From positions 1 through 64,000 of the forward strand of contig CAVSGG010000011.1 in assembly GCA_963727455.1 (NCBI GenBank): 64,000 nt of DNA, written 5' to 3'. The notes below the pieces were generated by a model. That model did not search any database. It was not told the origin of the DNA and saw nothing but the letters and a program-made list of their open reading frames with translations. Within the stretch, counting starts at the first letter, position 1. Every line of letters begins with the position of its first letter. This stretch comes from Candidatus Krumholzibacteriota bacterium (lineage in GTDB: Bacteria; Krumholzibacteriota; Krumholzibacteriia; JAJRXK01). Below, piece after piece: positions 9,821 through 19,937 of this stretch. Made by a program: the position numbers and the translations under genes.

Positions 9821-12307
9821 ATGATGCGCCGCGTAGTCCTCCTTTCGGCTTTCCTCTTTGGCTGGACCGTCCTGCCCCAGGGGACTGTCGGCCTCGCGCA
9901 GGCGCAGAACGGGCAGCGGCCATTTTCCGCCGTAGTCGGCGCGAAATTGCGCTTTCTGCGCCACGAAATGCAACGCGGCAAGGCGCCCTTGGCGGCGGAC
10001 CCGCAGCTTTCCGTGACGATCCGCTTCGAGAAGAGTCCCTCAAGCGCGCTCCTCAGCGAAGCTCGGCGCGCGGGCGCGGTGTTCTATGGGGTGTCGGCCG
10101 GGGCGGCAAATTCTCCCTCCGCGCGCGGAGTCGTTCAGGGCCCGGACGGCCCCATCCTGGGCGGCGTCAGCGTCTTCCCCGCGCGCATCAGGCTTTCCCA
10201 ACTCGACGAAATCAGCGCGATCGACGGCGTCCTCCGCGTGGAGACTGCGTGGACGCCCCGGCGCATTCCGCCACTTTACGAGACGAGAACTTTGAGCGGC
10301 GTCGACGAGGCCTGGACGATCCCCGGTCCGGACGGCTCGTACCTCGATGGAAGCGGCGTGCTCCTGGCCGATCTCGACACCGGGATCGATCTCAGCCATC
10401 CCGATTTCTGGCACGGCGATGGGGGCAGCTATTCCTTTCTCGACTTGGACTCGAGCGGCGATCTGAGCGAGGGAGATGCGGTGGATTTGAACCACAATGG
10501 ACTGGCGGATTTCGGCGAGACCTTACGCTGGTGGAACGCCCCGGGTTCCGCGCCCGGGCTCGACAGTAGTCTGCAATTGCAGATCGATCATCTCTACCTG
10601 GACGTCAACGGCAACCACCAACGCGATTTTGGCGCACCCACCTATTCCGACAGCGACCCCTGCTTCGGCGAAGCTCTGTTTCGTCCGAACGATGCAAACG
10701 GCGATGGGATTCTCGAAACAAACGAGACGCTGACCATGCTGTCGACTTGCAAGGTGAAGGCAGTCTGGGAGCGCGATGATACGATCCGCACTCTCGGCGT
10801 CGACCTCATCCAAAGCGAGGGTGACACCTACGGTCACGGGACGAACGTGGCCAGCATCCTCTTGGGAGGAGCGAAAGGGCGCGTCTACGCGGGCTTTGCA
10901 CCGGGAGCTGACCTGATCGACGCCAATCTGGACTACTCCCCTGAACATCCCTTCGTCACGCCGCTGGACGTGCGCATGAGCTGGGCCGCGGCTGAGGGGG
11001 CCGACATTTTCGTCTACGAAGACGGGGAGTGGATCTGGGAATTTCTGGACGGTTCGTCCAACGTCGAGATCCTCATGAACGAGCTCGCGGCCGAGGGCAG
11101 CATCCACGTGGCGGCGGCGGGAAATTTGGCCACGGGCAACATGCACTGGGAAGGAGATCTCGGGAGCGCAGTGGGCGACAGCGTCGAGAGCTTCCTCATG
11201 GTCGACTCTCCTCTCACGGTGGACGTGGGCGTGGTTTGGGGCGACTTCTACTTCGTTCAGCTCGAAGGGGACTCGATCGCATTCACCTGCGAAACCCCCT
11301 CGGGCCCTGCGTTGGAGCTAGGTGGAGCGGGGGGCACGGCGTATGTGGGGAACTTCAGCATCTACAGCGCCGAGGATCTGAGTCCGCGCGGCACGCGCCG
11401 CGTCGACTTCCGTCTGGAGGCAATTACCAAGGGGCCGGCGGGAACGAAAGCGCTGGACGGCAGCTGGCGCTTCGTGGCGCGCCGGGTCGAAGCGAACATG
11501 CCTTCGCAGTCCTCGCACCTGAACGCCATGAGCTGGGATGATCTCTCGGGCTGGTACAGTTACTCCAAATGGCAAGACGCGCTGAATACGGGCACCGTCA
11601 CCTGGCCCGGAACCGCGGACTCGGCAATCACCGTCGCCGCCTACAGTCCGCAGAACGGGGACATCAATTCCTTCAGCGGGCGCGGCAAGCGAGTGGACGG
11701 AGTTTCCATCGTCGACCTCGCCGCCCCGGGAAGCACCACCTATACCGCGATGCGCTCGCAAAACTCCGCGGGAGTGCCGGGCGCTTATGGCTCCTTCGGT
11801 GGGACCAGCGCGGCCACCCCCCACGTGGCTGGCGCGGCGGCGCTTCTCAAACAGTGGGATCCCAGCCTCGGATCGGGTGAGATGCGCGCGCTGCTGCGGG
11901 AAGGGGCTCGCAACGACTCCTTCACGGGCTCATCGCCCAATGACACCTGGGGAGCCGGGAAACTGAACGTCTACGACAGCATGCTCACCCGAGCGACCGC
12001 CGCCCCGATGGCCATTCCGGCCGCGCTTCGTGGTCCGCGGATCGAGGCCAACGTTCCCAATCCTTTCAATCCATCCACGCTCATCCGTTACGAACTTTTC
12101 TCAGCCGGTCGGGTAAGAGTAGAGATCCTGGATCTGAAGGGCCGGCGTGTCGCATTGCTGCACGATGAGTTCGAAGCAGCCGGGCCGCACGAGCTGCGTT
12201 GGAACGGGCGTGATGGCGCGGGAATCCAGCTAGCCAGCGGCATCTACCTCGTGCGTGTACAGGAGGACGGAAAGGTGGCCGCGCGCAAGGTCGCCCTCTT
12301 GAAATAA
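9821..12307 (+). CDS. Secreted S8 subtilisin-like serine protease with FlgD-Ig C-terminal domain
   Basis: Signal peptide, catalytic triad motifs DLDTG, GHGTNVA and GTSAATPHVAG, and a C-terminal NVPNPFNP...WNGRD...SGIY tail. Confidence 0.88.
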   Translation: MMRRVVLLSAFLFGWTVLPQGTVGLAQAQNGQRPFSAVVGAKLRFLRHEMQRGKAPLAADPQLSVTIRFEKSPSSALLSEARRAGAVFYGVSAGAANSPSARGVVQGPDGPILGGVSVFPARIRLSQLDEISAIDGVLRVETAWTPRRIPPLYETRTLSGVDEAWTIPGPDGSYLDGSGVLLADLDTGIDLSHPDFWHGDGGSYSFLDLDSSGDLSEGDAVDLNHNGLADFGETLRWWNAPGSAPGLDSSLQLQIDHLYLDVNGNHQRDFGAPTYSDSDPCFGEALFRPNDANGDGILETNETLTMLSTCKVKAVWERDDTIRTLGVDLIQSEGDTYGHGTNVASILLGGAKGRVYAGFAPGADLIDANLDYSPEHPFVTPLDVRMSWAAAEGADIFVYEDGEWIWEFLDGSSNVEILMNELAAEGSIHVAAAGNLATGNMHWEGDLGSAVGDSVESFLMVDSPLTVDVGVVWGDFYFVQLEGDSIAFTCETPSGPALELGGAGGTAYVGNFSIYSAEDLSPRGTRRVDFRLEAITKGPAGTKALDGSWRFVARRVEANMPSQSSHLNAMSWDDLSGWYSYSKWQDALNTGTVTWPGTADSAITVAAYSPQNGDINSFSGRGKRVDGVSIVDLAAPGSTTYTAMRSQNSAGVPGAYGSFGGTSAATPHVAGAAALLKQWDPSLGSGEMRALLREGARNDSFTGSSPNDTWGAGKLNVYDSMLTRATAAPMAIPAALRGPRIEANVPNPFNPSTLIRYELFSAGRVRVEILDLKGRRVALLHDEFEAAGPHELRWNGRDGAGIQLASGIYLVRVQEDGKVAARKVALLK

Positions 12308-12382
12308 CGCGGAAACGATTGAGCTCTGGACCTGAACGGCTACCCTGGTACACTGGGCAAGCATGGAATCGGTGAAAGAAGA

Positions 12383-12742
12383 ATGAGCATGCAAATCAAC
12401 CAACGCCGAGTCGGCGAAGTCACCGTCCTCGAGCTCTCTCCCGCCCACACGGGAGATTTTTCCAATGAGCTCTTTCGCCCTCAGATCGAGAGCGTGCTGG
12501 CCGAGGGTGCGCGTCGCATTCTCTTCGATCTTTCGCGAATGAGCTGGATCAACAGCACACAGCTCGGGCTGCTCATTTTTGCCCACCGGCTGATGGACGA
12601 GCAGAAGGGCAAGACAGCTCTCGTGGGAGCCAATGATCGAATCCGAGATTTGATGAAGGTGGTGGGAGTGCTCAGCTCCTGGCATCTCTACGAGAGCGAA
12701 GAAGCGGCCCTGGATTTTCTACGGCAGGACCAGAAGGCCTGA
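12383..12742 (+). CDS. STAS domain anti-sigma factor antagonist
   Basis: 119 aa with ILFDLSRMSWINSTQLG, the SpoIIAA-like phosphorylatable Ser region. Confidence 0.85.
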   Translation: MSMQINQRRVGEVTVLELSPAHTGDFSNELFRPQIESVLAEGARRILFDLSRMSWINSTQLGLLIFAHRLMDEQKGKTALVGANDRIRDLMKVVGVLSSWHLYESEEAALDFLRQDQKA

Positions 12743-12760
12743 TTCCACACTGCATTCCTA

Positions 12761-13237
12761 CTACTTGATCAATTTTCGCAACTTGGACGCAAGGCGCTTG
12801 CCGAGCTGCTCGTCCATGGTCGCAACGATGCTCCGCACCAATTGCAATCCATCCTCTTCGCCCGCCCAGTGTTCCCGGATGACCTCCTCCCCCACGCTCT
12901 CCACCAACTTGTCGATGGCGAGTGCCGCGAAGGCGACGTCGTCGATGAAGCCGAGAGGACCGAAGATCGCTTCGGGCATGAGATCGATGGGAGAGATGAA
13001 GTAGGCGACGACCGCGCCAAGAGTGATCTTGCTCTTGGCGGGGGTTCGCGGGTCGGTCAAGAGCTTGCAACAGAGATGAAAGAGATCGGGCGCCGCGAGC
13101 ACGAGGGAGGCGGCTTTGGTCGTCTTGAGGTCCCGGCTCGCCGCCCATTCGCTCACCCAGGCGCGCAGTTTCTGGTAGAAATCGCGTCGTTGGCTCTCGC
13201 TGGGAACTTCCTTCGCGCGATCGTCGGGATCCGCCAT
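12761..13237 (-). CDS. YkvA/DUF1232 family membrane protein
   Basis: DPRTPAKSK...YFISPIDLMPE...GFIDD signature. Confidence 0.85.
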   Translation of the reverse strand: MADPDDRAKEVPSESQRRDFYQKLRAWVSEWAASRDLKTTKAASLVLAAPDLFHLCCKLLTDPRTPAKSKITLGAVVAYFISPIDLMPEAIFGPLGFIDDVAFAALAIDKLVESVGEEVIREHWAGEEDGLQLVRSIVATMDEQLGKRLASKLRKLIK

Positions 13238-13280
13238 GAATTCCGTGCCCTTCCTGTCAAAGACCAGATGTGGGCTGCGC

Positions 13281-13895
13281 TCATTCCTCGTTGGCGCCCC
13301 AACGGGCCTGCAGTTCACAGGGGATTTCGAGTTGGTCGCAAATGCGCTGTACCACAAAGTCGACGAGGTCGGAGATGGTTCGCGGGCGTTGGTAGAAGCC
13401 GGGGGAAGCGGGCATGATCGTGGCGCCGGCGCGCGCGAGATGACGCATGTTTTCCAGGTGAACCAGGCTGTAGGGCGTTTCCCTCACGAGAAGCAGCAGA
13501 CGGCGTCTCTCCTTGAGCATCACGTCCGCGGCACGCGCGGTGAGACCATCGCTGGTTCCCGCCGCGATACGGCCCAGAGTTCCCGTCGAACAGGGCACGA
13601 TGGCCATACCGCGGTAGCGCGCGCTGCCGCTGGCCATGGGGGCGTTGAAGTCGTTTCTTTCGAAGCGATGCAGACGGCCAGGAGCTTCGGCTGAAACTTG
13701 CTGAAGCACGTCCTCGAGCGGCTCGGACAGCTCCAGCCGGCACACGCTGTCTGCATGTGGCGAGCACACCAGGTGAACGTCGATGCCCCGCGTGAGCACC
13801 ACCTGCAAGAGTCGCCGCCAGTAGGGCGCTCCACTGGCTCCGGTGATGGCCAGAGCCAGGGGAAGCTCGTCGATGGCATGTTCTTTCCGCGCCAC
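13281..13895 (-). CDS. ubiX: Flavin prenyltransferase
   Basis: AITGASGA, ASGS, VPCSTGTL, RAADVMLKERR, RETP and PASPGFY motifs. GAGGAG precedes the GTG at 13895. Confidence 0.92.
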   Translation of the reverse strand: MARKEHAIDELPLALAITGASGAPYWRRLLQVVLTRGIDVHLVCSPHADSVCRLELSEPLEDVLQQVSAEAPGRLHRFERNDFNAPMASGSARYRGMAIVPCSTGTLGRIAAGTSDGLTARAADVMLKERRRLLLLVRETPYSLVHLENMRHLARAGATIMPASPGFYQRPRTISDLVDFVVQRICDQLEIPCELQARWGANEE

Positions 13896-13918
13896 GAAAT
13901 GCTCCTCGCTGGAACGAA

Positions 13919-15211
13919 TCAATCGGACAAAAGAGCAAAACTCTTCTCGGCCGCATCGAGGGTCTTTGCGATCTCCGCCTCGCGATGGGCGAGACTCAAG
14001 AACCACGCCTCGTAGGGAGAAGGCGCCAAGTACACGCCCTGCTCCAGCATGGCCGCATGAAAACGATAGAAACGATCCGTGGCGGCTGCCTGCGCATCCT
14101 CGAAATTGCGCACAGGAGTGGAGCTGAAGTACATACCGGCCATACTGCCTAGGTGAGGAGTCTGGATTTCGATCCCGTGTTTGGCCGCCCTCTCCCGCAG
14201 GCCCTTGCTGAGGCGCTCGTTCATGTCCGAGAGCTTTTGGAAGTTCTCGGGATCGCGGTACAGGACCTCCAGAGTCTTCAACCCGCCGCTCACCGCGAGC
14301 GGATTGCCACTCAGGGTTCCCGCTTGGTACACCGGACCACTGGGGCTCACCATTTTCATGTACTCCCGCTTGCCTCCGTAAGCCCCCACCGGCAGACCGC
14401 CTCCGATCACCTTCCCCAAAGTGGTGAGGTCGGGCTGCACATCGAAGGTTCCCTGCGCGCAGCCCGGTCCCGCGCGGAAACCTGTCATGACTTCGTCAAA
14501 GATGAGCAGCGCTCCGGATTCATCGCAGATCTTGCGCAGTCCCGGCAGAAAATCCGGCTCGGGCAGAACGCAGCCCATGTTCCCCGCCACCGGCTCCACG
14601 ATGATGGCCGCGATCTGGTTCTCGTTGGCCGCGAAGATCTCGCGAACCTTCTCGAGCTCGTTGTAGGCGCAGGTCAGAGTGTCCTGGGCGGCTCCCTTGG
14701 GCACACCCGGTGAGCTCGGAGTGCCGAAGGTGGCCAGCCCGCTGCCAGCGGAGATGAGAAAACTGTCGGCGTGTCCGTGATAGCAGCCGACGAACTTGAG
14801 AAACTTGTCGCGCTTGGTCACTCCCCTTGCCACGCGCACTGCGCTCATCGTGGCTTCCGTACCGCTGTTCACCAGGCGCACCATGTCCATGGAGGGAATG
14901 AGGGCGCAGATTCGCTCGGCCAATTCCACTTCCATGGCGGTGGGCGCGCCGAAGCTGGTACCCTTCTCGGCGGTCTGTCGCAGCGCTTCGATCACTTCCG
15001 GATGCGCGTGCCCCAAAATGAGGGGGCCCCAGCTGCAGATGTAGTCGATGAAGCGATTGCCGTCCTCGTCGTACATGTAAGCGCCCTTACCCTTGGTGAT
15101 GAAGGGAGCATCACAGTGGGCCGAGCTGAACGCCCGCACGGGAGAGTTTACGCCGCCGGGGATTACCTTGGACGCGCGCACGAGCAGGTCGCGGCTGAGG
15201 GATTGATCCAT
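13919..15211 (-). CDS. hemL: Glutamate-1-semialdehyde 2,1-aminomutase
   Basis: IPGGVNSPVRAF, NSGTEATM, FDEVMTGFR, LGKVIGGGLP and YQAGTLSGNP. Confidence 0.96.
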   Translation of the reverse strand: MDQSLSRDLLVRASKVIPGGVNSPVRAFSSAHCDAPFITKGKGAYMYDEDGNRFIDYICSWGPLILGHAHPEVIEALRQTAEKGTSFGAPTAMEVELAERICALIPSMDMVRLVNSGTEATMSAVRVARGVTKRDKFLKFVGCYHGHADSFLISAGSGLATFGTPSSPGVPKGAAQDTLTCAYNELEKVREIFAANENQIAAIIVEPVAGNMGCVLPEPDFLPGLRKICDESGALLIFDEVMTGFRAGPGCAQGTFDVQPDLTTLGKVIGGGLPVGAYGGKREYMKMVSPSGPVYQAGTLSGNPLAVSGGLKTLEVLYRDPENFQKLSDMNERLSKGLRERAAKHGIEIQTPHLGSMAGMYFSSTPVRNFEDAQAAATDRFYRFHAAMLEQGVYLAPSPYEAWFLSLAHREAEIAKTLDAAEKSFALLSD

Positions 15212-15215
15212 GTCC

Positions 15216-16196
15216 CTATTCCTTCCGCAAAATCTTCGCGGCTTCGATCGCCGCATAGGTGAGAATGAGATCCGCTCCGGCGCGCACGAAACTCGTCAGA
15301 GTCTCCATGAGCACATTGTTGTAATCGACCCAACCGTTTTGGGCAGCCGCCTTGAGCATCGCGTACTCGCCACTGACGTGGTAGACCGCGGTGGGCATCT
15401 CGAAGCGATCCTTCACCCGACTGAGGATGTCGAGATAGGGCAACCCCGGTTTGACCATCACGATGTCCGCGCCCTCGGCGATGTCCAACTCGACTTCGCG
15501 CAGGGCTTCACGTCCATTGGCTGGATCCATTTGATAGCTCTTGCGATCCCCGAACTGCGGCGGGCTCTCCGCCGCATCGCGAAATGGGCCGTAGTAGCCG
15601 CTGGCGAACTTGGCCGCGTAGGCCATGATGGGAATGTGTCCAAACCCTTCGTCGTCGAGCCGCTCGCGAATCACTCCCACGCGTCCGTCCATCATGTCGC
15701 TGGGGGCCACCATGTCGGCCCCGGCACGCGCGTGGCTCAGGGCTTCTTGGGCCAAGAGCTCCAGGGTCCTGTCATTGTCTACATCTCCATCGACAATCAC
15801 TCCGCAGTGTCCGTGATCGGTGTATTCGCACATGCAGACGTCGGTGATCACCATCATCTCGGGTAGACGTTCCTTCAACACCCGGATCGCCTGCTGAATG
15901 ATTCCATCCTCCGCGTAGGCCTCGCTGCCAAGGGGATCCTTGTGACTGGGGATCCCGAAGAGAATGGTAGAGACCACACCCGCATCGAAAGCCTGTGAGA
16001 GTTTCTCCACCAGCTTGTCGATGGAGAGTTGACTCTGACCCGGCATCGACTTGATGGGATGATCGATGCCCTCGCCGGGCACGACGAACACCGGATAGAT
16101 GAGCTGCTCCGGTCGCAGATGACTTTCGCGAACCATTGCTCGCAGTTGAGGGGTGCGTCGCAGGCGGCGCATGCGTTGTTCGGGAAACATCGTCAC
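15216..16196 (-). CDS. hemB: Porphobilinogen synthase
   Basis: [30 protein letters not shown] and MVKPG. Confidence 0.97.
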   Translation of the reverse strand: MTMFPEQRMRRLRRTPQLRAMVRESHLRPEQLIYPVFVVPGEGIDHPIKSMPGQSQLSIDKLVEKLSQAFDAGVVSTILFGIPSHKDPLGSEAYAEDGIIQQAIRVLKERLPEMMVITDVCMCEYTDHGHCGVIVDGDVDNDRTLELLAQEALSHARAGADMVAPSDMMDGRVGVIRERLDDEGFGHIPIMAYAAKFASGYYGPFRDAAESPPQFGDRKSYQMDPANGREALREVELDIAEGADIVMVKPGLPYLDILSRVKDRFEMPTAVYHVSGEYAMLKAAAQNGWVDYNNVLMETLTSFVRAGADLILTYAAIEAAKILRKE

Positions 16197-16227
16197 TCCT
16201 TTTTTTCCATTGCCCGGCCGGCTGCAC

Positions 16228-17247
16228 TCAGTGCGCTTCGTCCGCGCTTTTCTTGGCGGCGTTCACGATGGCGGCCCCGCCCTGAGAGAGTAGAGCGGCC
16301 GCCACTTCCTGACCCAGCTCGTACGCCAGTTGCAAGGTGGCCGTGTCATCCTCTTCCTTCGAGGAGGCGAGGGAGATCCTCTCCTCGGCGCTCAACATCA
16401 CGCTCCCGTCCGGCTTTCCCAAGCGAGCTCTCAACCAAAGTTCACCCGTGTCCTCCACGCAGAATCCGGCCAGAGGCACCACGCAGCCCCCGGCCACACC
16501 CGCGAGCAGCGCACGCTCCGCCGTGGCACACCGGCGGCTCGAGACATCGTTCAGGGGCGCCACGAGCTGCTGTGCGGGGTCCTGGGCGCGAACTTCGAGC
16601 CCCAAGATTCCCTGTCCCACCGCGGGAAGCAAGATCTCGGGCTCTAGGAGGGCGCTCACTCGGTCGAGCCAACCCATGCGCTTCACTCCCGCTACTGCCA
16701 ACACCATGGCGTCGAACTGGCCTTCCTCGAATTTCCGCCAACGCGTGTTCACGTTGCCCCGCAGGTCCAGCATCGAAAGGTCGGGGCGCTGCTGAAGCAG
16801 TTGGCTGCGGCGCCGCAGACTTCCCGTCGCCACCCGCGCTCCTTCGGGCAGCTCCTCCAGGCTGAGGCCCTCTCGGTGGAACCATGCGTCCCGCGGGTCC
16901 TCGCGCGGCGAATAGGCGGCCAGAACGCAACCCTCAGCCAAGAGCGCAGGAACATCTTTCAAGGAATGCACCGCCACGTCGATCGCTCCCGAGAGAAGCT
17001 TCTGCTCGAGAGTGTGCGTGAAAAGTCCAATCTGCCCGATGCGCTCGAGCGGAGTCGAGATGTCCTGGTCCCCCTTGGTCGAAACCTCCAAGATCTCTAC
17101 CTCGAGGCTGGGCCACGCCTCGAGCAGTCGGTCCCGCGTCCAGCGCGCTTGCCACAGCGCGAGCTGGCTGCCGCGAGTTCCCAACCGGACCGAGGCCATG
17201 GGCGGGTTTTGCGGATCGTGCTTCGATTTCGTCTGCGAGTTCAGCAT
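16228..17247 (-). CDS. hemC: Hydroxymethylbilane synthase
   Basis: [34 protein letters not shown] and GGCVVP. Confidence 0.95.
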   Translation of the reverse strand: MLNSQTKSKHDPQNPPMASVRLGTRGSQLALWQARWTRDRLLEAWPSLEVEILEVSTKGDQDISTPLERIGQIGLFTHTLEQKLLSGAIDVAVHSLKDVPALLAEGCVLAAYSPREDPRDAWFHREGLSLEELPEGARVATGSLRRRSQLLQQRPDLSMLDLRGNVNTRWRKFEEGQFDAMVLAVAGVKRMGWLDRVSALLEPEILLPAVGQGILGLEVRAQDPAQQLVAPLNDVSSRRCATAERALLAGVAGGCVVPLAGFCVEDTGELWLRARLGKPDGSVMLSAEERISLASSKEEDDTATLQLAYELGQEVAAALLSQGGAAIVNAAKKSADEAH

Positions 17248-18689
17248 CAAGCCTCCTCGAGCCCGGGAGCTGCGAGCAGATATTCCGCCACCTCCCGAGC
17301 GACCTCCTCGGAATGGGCCACGCACGAATTGAAAGCGATGCCACAAATGCTGTTGCCCGTCAGAAAGACGCCGGGATAGCTCTTCAGGGCATCGCGCGCA
17401 TTCGAAATTCGCGTCAAGTGTCCCATCTCGTACTGCGGAATCCCTTCGTTCCAGCGGAAGTTCCGTTGGAACACGGGCTCCCCTTCGATATTCAAGAGCG
17501 GAGAGAGCTCAGCGCGCACCAGCTGGCGCAGTTCTTCATCTCCTAGCTCGTTGGCGAGCGGGTCATGGCGGCCTCCCACCATGGCGCGCAGCAGGACGCG
17601 ATCGGAAGGAGCATGCCCGGCGAAGGTTGCGTGTACATAGAGTACGCCCAAGGTTCGCAGTCCCTCGCTGCGGGGAATCAGCGCCCCGAATCCCCTGACG
17701 TCGCCACCGATCTGCGCCTGCTCGTAAGCCAAACAGACAACGTGGACCCCCGCCAGCGCGACCTTCGAAAGGGAAGCTGCGGCGGCGGGAACCAGGGAAT
17801 CCAAGATCTGCGCCATGCCCGGAGCGGGGCAAGCCAGGACCACCGCGTCGGCATCGAGGGTGGAACTCTCGCCCAAGGAGTCGGCCAGAAAGACACGGAA
17901 TCCTCGCTCCAAGCTCTCGATCCCGGTGACGCGCGTGGCACCTCGCAGGTTCTCTCCGGCCAGGCTCTCCGTGAGCGCTTCGATGGGTACCGCCATGCCA
18001 CGATCGAAGGAGTGGAGGACCCCGGACGGCCCGGCTTCCACCGTGCGCGCGCCCTGGCCGGCTTTGGCTTCACGCTTTGCTTCCTTGCGCTTTTGAATCA
18101 TGCCCTTGAACAGCCCGCCGTAGTCGCGCTCGAGAGCAGCGATCTTGGGAAAGGCCGCGGGCAGGGAGAGCCGCGAGATGTCGCCGGCGTGAATACCGCT
18201 GACCATGGAATCGAGCATGATCTCGGTGAACTCACGGCCCAGGCGTCTCTCCCCGAAGGCCCGCACCGACTCCTCGCCGCCGTCGCGGCGTGCGGGGCGG
18301 AAGAACTCGCCGATCACCGAGAGCTTTCCCCTGAAGGAGAGCAGTGGCGAGGCCAAGAATTTCAGCGGATTGGTCGAGAGTTCGTGGAAGCGCTCGTTGC
18401 GCACGATAAAGCGGCGCGCGGCGGCTTCCTCGCTGGGCAAGAGCCGCGAGCGGATTCCTAGATCGTCCACCAGCCGCAGGGTGGCGGGTTCGTTGTCCAA
18501 AAAGCCCTGGGGTCCCGCTTCGCACACGTAGCCCTCGGCGCGAAGGGTCTGGACCTTGCCCCCCATCTTGGTGCCGGTTTCCACCACCGTGAGCGAGAGC
18601 GGCAGCTGGACGGAACTCGCCTGCTGACGAATGCGATAGGCGCTCGCCAGCCCCGAGATCCCGCCTCCCACTACGACCACACGCTTCAT
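17247..18689 (-). CDS. hemG: Protoporphyrinogen/coproporphyrinogen oxidase (HemY-type FAD enzyme)
   Basis: VVGGGISGL, EAGPQGF, SGIHAGD and IPQYEMGH. Located in the hem operon. Confidence 0.9.
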   Translation of the reverse strand: MKRVVVVGGGISGLASAYRIRQQASSVQLPLSLTVVETGTKMGGKVQTLRAEGYVCEAGPQGFLDNEPATLRLVDDLGIRSRLLPSEEAAARRFIVRNERFHELSTNPLKFLASPLLSFRGKLSVIGEFFRPARRDGGEESVRAFGERRLGREFTEIMLDSMVSGIHAGDISRLSLPAAFPKIAALERDYGGLFKGMIQKRKEAKREAKAGQGARTVEAGPSGVLHSFDRGMAVPIEALTESLAGENLRGATRVTGIESLERGFRVFLADSLGESSTLDADAVVLACPAPGMAQILDSLVPAAAASLSKVALAGVHVVCLAYEQAQIGGDVRGFGALIPRSEGLRTLGVLYVHATFAGHAPSDRVLLRAMVGGRHDPLANELGDEELRQLVRAELSPLLNIEGEPVFQRNFRWNEGIPQYEMGHLTRISNARDALKSYPGVFLTGNSICGIAFNSCVAHSEEVAREVAEYLLAAPGLEEA

Positions 18690-18747
18690 GAAGAAAAACT
18701 CCAGGAGAGATCGGCGGGAGAAGCATTCTCCCGCGCAGACTTCAGCG

Positions 18748-19803
18748 TCATGCACGCCACTCGTGGATGGTCTTGACGAAAGCCGCGACCGAATCGAGGG
18801 GAGTTTCGGGAATGACTCCGTGTCCCAGATTCGCGATATATCCGCGGCGGCCGCGCAAGGCGTCGAGCATCGACTTCGTGCGGCTGGCTACGAACTCGGT
18901 CGGTCCTAGAAGCACGAGGGGATCGAGATTCCCCTGCAGCACGGTTCCCTCGGGTACCCGGGCACGAAGCTCCTTCGGCTCCACCCTCCAGTCCACCGAG
19001 ACCGCGTCCGCCCCCGCTTGGACCTGGGCTTCGACCAGCGACGCCCCGCCGTTCAGGTAGTAGATGCAACTTCCTTTGGCAGCGTGAATCTTGTCGGCAA
19101 CCCGTTTGGCGTAGGGCAGAGCCCAGCGCTCGTAGTCGCTCGGCGAGAGCAGCCCGGCCCAGGTATCGAAGAACTGCACCGCGTCGGCTCCACTCTTGAG
19201 CTGCTCCACTAAGTAAGCGCCCACCTGATCGGCCAGAAGTTCCAAGACCTGACGCGCGGTGTCGGGGTGATGCCACAGGAAGGCTTTGGTGCGCGGGTAG
19301 AGCCGGCTGGTCTGTCCCTCGACGAGGTAGGCCAAGAGGGTGAAGGGCGCCCCCGCGAACCCCAAGAGCGCCTTGGAAGGGTCGAGCTTCTCGCGCACGA
19401 GCTTCAGGGAAGCGTGGATCCAGGGCAATTCCTCGCGCGCATCCACCAAGTGCAGCTTTTGAAAGCTCTCCACCGTATCAAAGGGCTGGGCCAGCTTCGG
19501 GCCACCATCTCCAAAGCGAAAATCGGCCCCCATCGCGATGAGGGGGAAGAGGATGTCGCTGAAGATGATCGCCGCGTCGAAATCGAAGCGCCGGATGGGC
19601 TGCAGGCTCACCTCGCAGCCCAGCTCCGCGTCGCGGCAGAGATCGAGAAAGCTGGCTTTCTCTCTAACCTGCCTATATTCCGGCAGATAGCGGCCCGCCT
19701 GGCGCATCATCCAGACCGGCGGATGCGGCACCTCTTCGCGGCGCAGGGCCTTCAGGAAGAGCGCATCCTCTCGCGCATGGCTGAGGGAGATGCTGTGGGA
19801 CAT
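18748..19803 (-). CDS. hemE: Uroporphyrinogen decarboxylase
   Basis: PVWMMRQAGRYLPEY, IIFSDIL, GFAGAPFTL, QGNLDP and NLGHG. Confidence 0.96.
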   Translation of the reverse strand: MSHSISLSHAREDALFLKALRREEVPHPPVWMMRQAGRYLPEYRQVREKASFLDLCRDAELGCEVSLQPIRRFDFDAAIIFSDILFPLIAMGADFRFGDGGPKLAQPFDTVESFQKLHLVDAREELPWIHASLKLVREKLDPSKALLGFAGAPFTLLAYLVEGQTSRLYPRTKAFLWHHPDTARQVLELLADQVGAYLVEQLKSGADAVQFFDTWAGLLSPSDYERWALPYAKRVADKIHAAKGSCIYYLNGGASLVEAQVQAGADAVSVDWRVEPKELRARVPEGTVLQGNLDPLVLLGPTEFVASRTKSMLDALRGRRGYIANLGHGVIPETPLDSVAAFVKTIHEWRA

Positions 19804-19937
19804 GACACGCCTACTTCAGCGAAAGGGGAAATGGAAGAGCAAGCTTAGGCGGCGGTCGCAGCGCGGGCAAGGCAGCACCAGCCGAAAGGGCGAATGTGGT
19901 AAAGTTAGGTTCTTCCTCCGCTCGAGAAAGGACTCCC

